Source: Phaeosaccion multiseriatum (Eukaryota; Protista; Ochrophyta, other classes). From it: a stretch of 64,000 nucleotides of DNA. Each line of letters starts with the position of its first letter. The stretch's first letter is position 1. Positions 55,130-64,000 of this stretch are shown one piece after another. The translations under genes were made by a program, and so were the position numbers. The DNA is taken from positions 2,232,001-2,296,000 of the forward strand of contig OZ218957.1 of assembly GCA_965112735.1 (NCBI GenBank), given 5' to 3'. The notes beneath the pieces were generated by a model. The model ran no database searches. It saw only the letters and a list, made by a program, of their open reading frames with translations, and was not told the DNA's origin.

Positions 55130-56206
55130 TCAGTCCTGGCACCCGCAGGGGTGTCCATTGGCGTGTACCCACTGCTTCATCTCCTCAAAGGCGGCAGGGA
55201 CCATATTCCAATCATCATCACGCGCATCTTTCAAGTGCTGCGGGCATGCCCTTTCGTCCCAGGGACACATGACCTCCTCTGAGCGGAGCCATTTCAGCAT
55301 GGAGAGGCTCTTGGCGGAATGTACCGCTATAAAACACACACGTGCATCCCATCTGCACTGCTCCCGTGCGTTTGCGTGCAGCCATTTCAGCACTTCCAGA
55401 TTTCCTTCTAGGGCCGCCCAGGCAGCCCCATCCCTCCACTTGCTGGTGTATCCCTCATCCGCCGCCTCCATCTGAGCTCTGACCTTTGGATGATGGAGCA
55501 CCCACTCCAGCCACGTGATACGCCCCAATCTAATTGGACTGTTCCATATGGTAGAGTTAAATGGCGCATTCACCTCGTCTGTGAGCATCCACTCCAGCAT
55601 CTCCAGCTTCCCCTGCCGACATGCTTCCAAACCCACGGTCTCACTCCAAGGGCACATCTCCTTGTCGGGCAGGTCCTCCGTTCTCAGCCATTGGAGGATG
55701 CTGAGTCCGTGCCTCTCATTCCTCACAGCAGCCGTGCACACCCTCCTACCCCAGGAACAGCCCATGCCGTGAAGAGCCTTGCACATGGGCAGATCCCCAT
55801 ACTCAGCAGCAGCCCGAAAAATTCTCGTACCAAGCTTATATCCGTACTTCCTGGCCCACCTCAAGCGCTCCACAGACTCCACCACCCTCCTGCGATGTGT
55901 TGTCTTGGCCGGAAAGTGATGTCGGTAGTGTTCCTTCCACTCTTTGCTCACGGGTGCGATGAAGAAGTCACAACCCTTCCCAGTCCACTCCATGACTGTG
56001 CTGAGCACCACGCCCTGAGCCAAAGCCTGGTCGCAAGCTTCGAAGCTTTCACCACCGCTTCCCTTGTTTCCAGCAAGGGCAGCGGGATCGGGCGCAGCTG
56101 CCACAGTCGCACTGGCACCACCCCCTCCATGCAAAGCCCCTGAGGAGTCGGTGGGTGGAGCTGGCTGGAGCTGCTTGCCGCCCTGCTTGTGGTCAGGTCC
56201 CTCCAT
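55130..56206 (-). CDS. Intronless ankyrin-like repeat protein (giant-virus-type CPW repeats), paralog 1
   Basis: From ATG 56206 (MEGPD): GCSWGRRVCTAA, CPWSETVGLEACRQGKLEMLEW, AALEGNLEVLKWLH, CRWDARVC, CPWDERAC. Confidence 0.8.
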   Translation of the reverse strand: MEGPDHKQGGKQLQPAPPTDSSGALHGGGGASATVAAAPDPAALAGNKGSGGESFEACDQALAQGVVLSTVMEWTGKGCDFFIAPVSKEWKEHYRHHFPAKTTHRRRVVESVERLRWARKYGYKLGTRIFRAAAEYGDLPMCKALHGMGCSWGRRVCTAAVRNERHGLSILQWLRTEDLPDKEMCPWSETVGLEACRQGKLEMLEWMLTDEVNAPFNSTIWNSPIRLGRITWLEWVLHHPKVRAQMEAADEGYTSKWRDGAAWAALEGNLEVLKWLHANAREQCRWDARVCFIAVHSAKSLSMLKWLRSEEVMCPWDERACPQHLKDARDDDWNMVPAAFEEMKQWVHANGHPCGCQD

Positions 56207-57220
56207 GTCTGCAGCCCCGTTCTCTCGTCTGGGCCTTTCTCCCCTTTCCCTCTGACTGTTTGATACTTTCGATAATTGGAGGGAAACTTGGGGGGTGTTC
56301 TCTTCAGTGAAGCCTGATATGACGCGAGAAGGGAAGGGAGAGAGGAAAGGGAGGGTGGAATGAGAAAGTAGAGGCAAATAGGGGCACATCTCTATAGGAC
56401 TTGCCCTGTCGGGGGGGGAAAGAGGCCGGAGAGGAGGGAGAACGACCAGCGCATCGTAGAGCAGAAGGAAGGGAATGAGAAGAAGGGGCAAGCCCCGAGA
56501 AACGATGGTACGTTACACACAACACCACTGCCTCAAGTCACTCCACGCTAACACAACTCCCGCTCGTGCCCATCATTCCCGTGCGCACATCCTCTGCACC
56601 ATCCCGTTCTTCCCCCATTGTCTGCATTCCTTCTCATAAACTGTCCAGGCTGACACAGTTTATTAAGGAAGAACTCGACTTTGTAAAGGCTACTGGGCCT
56701 GCAGAAAGCAAGAAGACACCTACACTCTCTGCTTACCAAAGCTGATGAGCTCCTCCAACGTCTCCCCAGGTAACTGCTGTCGCTCTCGCTGTCGGAAGGC
56801 GGGCAGCTAGAGCGAGGGCAACAGGCGGCCTCTTGATCTGGCTCTTCGTCAGTCGATTTTATCAAAAAGTAAGGAGGGAAGCAAAAACAAAGCAAGCTCA
56901 AGCAACAAGCAGCCAACAAGAAAGAAAAAGAAAGAGGATCACAGAAAGAGGACAGAAAACGATTCCAACACGTGCATGATTCTCTGAATTCCTGATTTTC
57001 CACAATTTCCAATTTCCGCAATTTCCACCACACTCTGTCGGCTCTCACAGTGGATTTCCACCACGCTCGGTTCTCACAAACCTTCTTCTCGATGGTCCGA
57101 TAGTCGGTACTAGCGGGGCAAGCTGTTCACTCAGTGGTAGTAGCAACTCCAGGGTTGAACCTTTTTTGCTCTCATCTTCAAGTACACCCTACGAAAGAGG
57201 GGTAGGGTAGCAATCGAGGG

Positions 57221-58225
57221 ATGGTAGAGGAGGCCTCCAATAGGCACGGCTTGGGAAGTAGGGAAGGCGTAGAAGATTGGGCCGCGGGGACTGCTGATGA
57301 AGCTGCTCTTGCCCACGAGACCTACGTGGCTCGTGCCAAGGCCTTGGGGATGGAGGAGATCCTGCGGAGTGTCCTGCCCCTTGTGGGGAATGGCCACCAC
57401 ATCTTCGTCGCCACTGTGTGTAAGAATTGGCAAGAGCACTACAGCACGTTGTTTCCTTCCCTGGAGACCTCCCTTCGAAGCGTGGTGGAGTCTGTCAAGT
57501 GCGTGCAGATTGCCAAAGAATGCGGGTACGAGCGGAGTGTGGGCACTTCCAAGGCGGCGGCAGAGTTCGGAGATGTGAGTGTGTGCGAGGAGCTTCACAG
57601 TATGGAATGTCCCTGGGACGAAGAGGCCTGCACAGCTGCTGTGAGGAATGCTCGACACGGGCTGCGTGTCCTCAAGTGGTTGAGATCCAAAGGGGCCGTG
57701 TCCTTGTCGGAACGTGGCATACGTGGGGAAGCTGCCACGTACGGCAATGTGGAGGTTCTCAAGTGGCAGCTGTCCGAGCTTGCGGGGCGGCGTCCTGAAT
57801 CTGGGATGTGGTGGGAGGTTGTGGGGGCGGGGCATATTGACGTGCTGGAAATGCTTGTGCAGCACCCCAAGGTCAGAGCTGAGTTGGAGGCGGCAACGGC
57901 AATGGAAGGCAGCGCATGGGGGGATGGGCCTAGAGTGGCGGCCATAAACGGCAATCTCGAAGTGCTGCAATGGCTGCATGCGAACGCTCGGGAGCTGTGC
58001 AGGTGGGATAAAGACGTTTGTTTTGTTTCCGTCTATTACGCCAAGAGCCTCTCTGTGCTGCAATGGCTCAGATCGGAGGAGGTCATGTGCCCTTGGACCA
58101 GTTCGATATGCCCGCAGTACTTGAAAGATGCCAGTGGTGATGGTTGGGATATGGCCCCTGCCGCCTTTGCGGAGATGAAGCAGTGGGTGCACGCTAACGG
58201 ACACCCCTGCCACTGCCAGGACTGA
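57221..58225 (+). CDS. Intronless ankyrin-like repeat protein, paralog 2
   Basis: CPWDEEACTAA, AATYGNVEVLKW, AAINGNLEVLQWLH; C-terminus almost identical to paralog 1. Confidence 0.82.
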   Translation: MVEEASNRHGLGSREGVEDWAAGTADEAALAHETYVARAKALGMEEILRSVLPLVGNGHHIFVATVCKNWQEHYSTLFPSLETSLRSVVESVKCVQIAKECGYERSVGTSKAAAEFGDVSVCEELHSMECPWDEEACTAAVRNARHGLRVLKWLRSKGAVSLSERGIRGEAATYGNVEVLKWQLSELAGRRPESGMWWEVVGAGHIDVLEMLVQHPKVRAELEAATAMEGSAWGDGPRVAAINGNLEVLQWLHANARELCRWDKDVCFVSVYYAKSLSVLQWLRSEEVMCPWTSSICPQYLKDASGDGWDMAPAAFAEMKQWVHANGHPCHCQD

Positions 58226-58694
58226 CGACTTTTAACATGGACAGTGATGACATTGAGAGGAGAGGGAGGTACAGGCACAGACTGCACTGCTGTGGAGCAT
58301 AAAGGGAGATTGTGCTCTGTCTTGAGGCGAAACCGACGAAGGCGCGCAACAAGTCGAGGGCTGTAGAAAGGAAACCCTTCATTGGGCGTCTACCGCCCCG
58401 CTTGACAGGGCTTGTCTCTCTGACGAGAGGCGTCAATCCAGACCCTTTCGCCTTCTCGTTCTGTCCGGGCTGGTGCGTACTTTCCATCTTTCCCCTCTGC
58501 CCTCCTCTCAAGACCTGGGCATCGCCACATGAGGCGGATAGGGTGAATTAGTACGAAGTACGAAGTAGTAAAAGTCCAGCAGCGCTACGCCTCCGCGACC
58601 TTGGCGTGGCAGGCACGTAAGGTAGCACTGACGATGGAAGGTTCTTACAAGCAAAACAATGTAAAAGTAGTTATTACATGTACTTGGGGATGAT

Positions 58695-62352
<3,658 letters not shown>

Positions 62353-63143
62353 CAACTTCCTGAGGCAAAAGTCCTTGAAAAAGAAAAGAAAAAGAAGCCT
62401 CTACCTCCTCTGCTCCACTATCACACTCCTCCTGCTAACAATCGCTTGGTAACAGCTACCATCCATTCGTCATTACCTTTCTCTGGCACTAATGGATTCG
62501 AGAAGGGTGGAATGAATTCGGACTGGATGGCCTCTGTTGCTTGCCTTTCGCTCTGCTTTTCTCTTGCCTGTCGAACCTTAGCACCCACTCCTCCTTCTAT
62601 CCCTCCACTACTACTCCCCCCCTTCCTATAAGCCGCTGATCTCTATTGTACAGTGGGTAAGAAAGGAGGAAAAGGAAAGTTAAGAAAAAGAAGAATCCGT
62701 CTGTGAGTCACAGCTGGCACTTTTTTTCCATTTCCCTCCCTTTTCCCTTTTCCTACAGTACTGAGGAGAAGAGAGTCTATGCCTTGTGTTACGACTAGAC
62801 AGGTCCTCAGCAAAAATGGGGAGGGAAATCTGTTCGTTTTGGTGCCACCATTGTGGAGGCACACGCTTTTTTACTCACGCCACTCCAACCCCCCCCTGCA
62901 GAATTGGTGATCGGCATGAATGGCCGATCAATGGCCCGACCCTATCCTCATTCTCCCGCATAAACACAGGTGTACTTGAAGCTCGGTAAGTGTACAATGC
63001 AGAGAGAGGGAGCGGAGAACTCTTTCCCTCTTCTAATCTTCTCTCCTCCTCTCCCTCCTTATTCCCATTCTCCCCTCCCTCCCCCTTTCTCTCTCCTCTC
63101 TTATTCTTTTTTTACCAGCGATTGACCTACATCAACGGGAATA

Positions 63144-63925
63144 ATGGCAACGAACACATGGAGCTGCCTGTGCGGCTCTTTCCAAGGAGAAGTCACAGGG
63201 GACCCGAAGCTTGCGGTAAGGATCGCCTCCCTCCCGGATTTAACGCCCTGTTTTCATCTCCCTCCTCTCTCTCCCCCCAGGTCTACTGTCACTGTAAGCA
63301 ATGCCGGCAATACAGCGGCACGGCCATGCAGCTCGCCATCTGGGGGCCGGAGAGCTTCAAAGTGCTCAAGGGTGATGACAACCTGATCGCTTACGAGTCG
63401 GCACCAGGCATCTTCCGCAAGTCCTGTAAAACCTGCGGTGCCTTCGCCTACAAGACCGCAGGGCCGGACACCAACATCGTGCCCATCGGAGCCATGGAGT
63501 GAGTGGGCTTCAGAGATGACAGATAGATTGGTAGATACGATACTCAAGGAAGGAAGAGAGGGGAGAAGGGGGGGGAGTGTGGTAGGTGCCTCTTTTGTAT
63601 GATGTTGTCGTGAAGCCCCCCCCCCCCCCCCTTGTTAACCCCGGAGCCCTTGAGATGGAGGAGTCATGACGCCTACCGTACAAGCATTCTGGGGCAGCAA
63701 CCCTGCCGCCCGCTGCGCCGCCATGCTGAGCTGCCGATGCTGCTTCTCGGGCTCACACACCTCTATCTCTCTCTCGCTCTCTTCTTCCCCCTTCCCCTCT
63801 TCCCCTCTTGTTCTGTGCACAGCGGCCCTGGCGTGAAGCCGACCTGCCACATCTTCGTGGGTGACAAGGCCCCCGGCGCGGAGATTCCCGTTCCGGAGCT
63901 TCCCCAGCACGACAAATTCCCCTAA
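63144..63925 (+). CDS. GFA/CENP-V (Mss4-like) zinc-binding protein (exons 63144-63215, 63281-63498, 63823-63925)
   Basis: SCLCG, YCHCKQCRQYSG, RKSCKTCG, KPTCHIFVGDKAP; clean in-frame GT-AG introns. Confidence 0.92.
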
Positions 63926-64000
63926 GTCACTGTAGGCGTTGGACTGGCAGCCGGACAGACGGATGGAGACTTGACATACGGGCATTTGTTACGATCTTGC

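Noticed and set aside
56548-57048. 166-aa ORF between the ankyrin paralogs
   Set aside because: Non-ATG start, no motifs, and it lies in a probable divergent promoter region.

Overview
Eukaryotic nuclear DNA, GC-rich, with GT-AG introns packed with microsatellites. Gene content suggests a flagellated protist/alga, probably a stramenopile (inference only). Conserved genes, mostly in head-to-head pairs: peroxisomal acyl-CoA oxidase (-), a TUG/ASPSCR1-type UBL-PUB-UBX protein (+), a very long Integrator subunit 1 (-), a PG-repeat (STPG/ODF3-like) protein (+), a ~19 kb RNI-type LRR gene (+), two intronless inverted paralogs with virus-type ankyrin-like repeats, a PhyH-family dioxygenase with an 85-codon GAA tract (-) and a GFA/CENP-V protein (+). 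The accessory region 26.1-34.9 kb is a tandem duplication of a gene made of C-x4-C...C-x2-H (WRKY19-like) zinc-finger repeats. One copy carries four 5'-truncated insertions of a CRE-like, RLE-encoding non-LTR retrotransposon, all at the same base of the zinc-finger codon repeat. This looks like a target-specific retroelement whose target is a protein-coding repeat, and it is the best candidate for a new system here. Also seen: two MITEs, and an 11-15 bp motif (CAGCA-GTTGGTGATAC-AGCA) dispersed through unrelated genes in different frames and on both strands. Exon boundaries were read by eye and are unverified.
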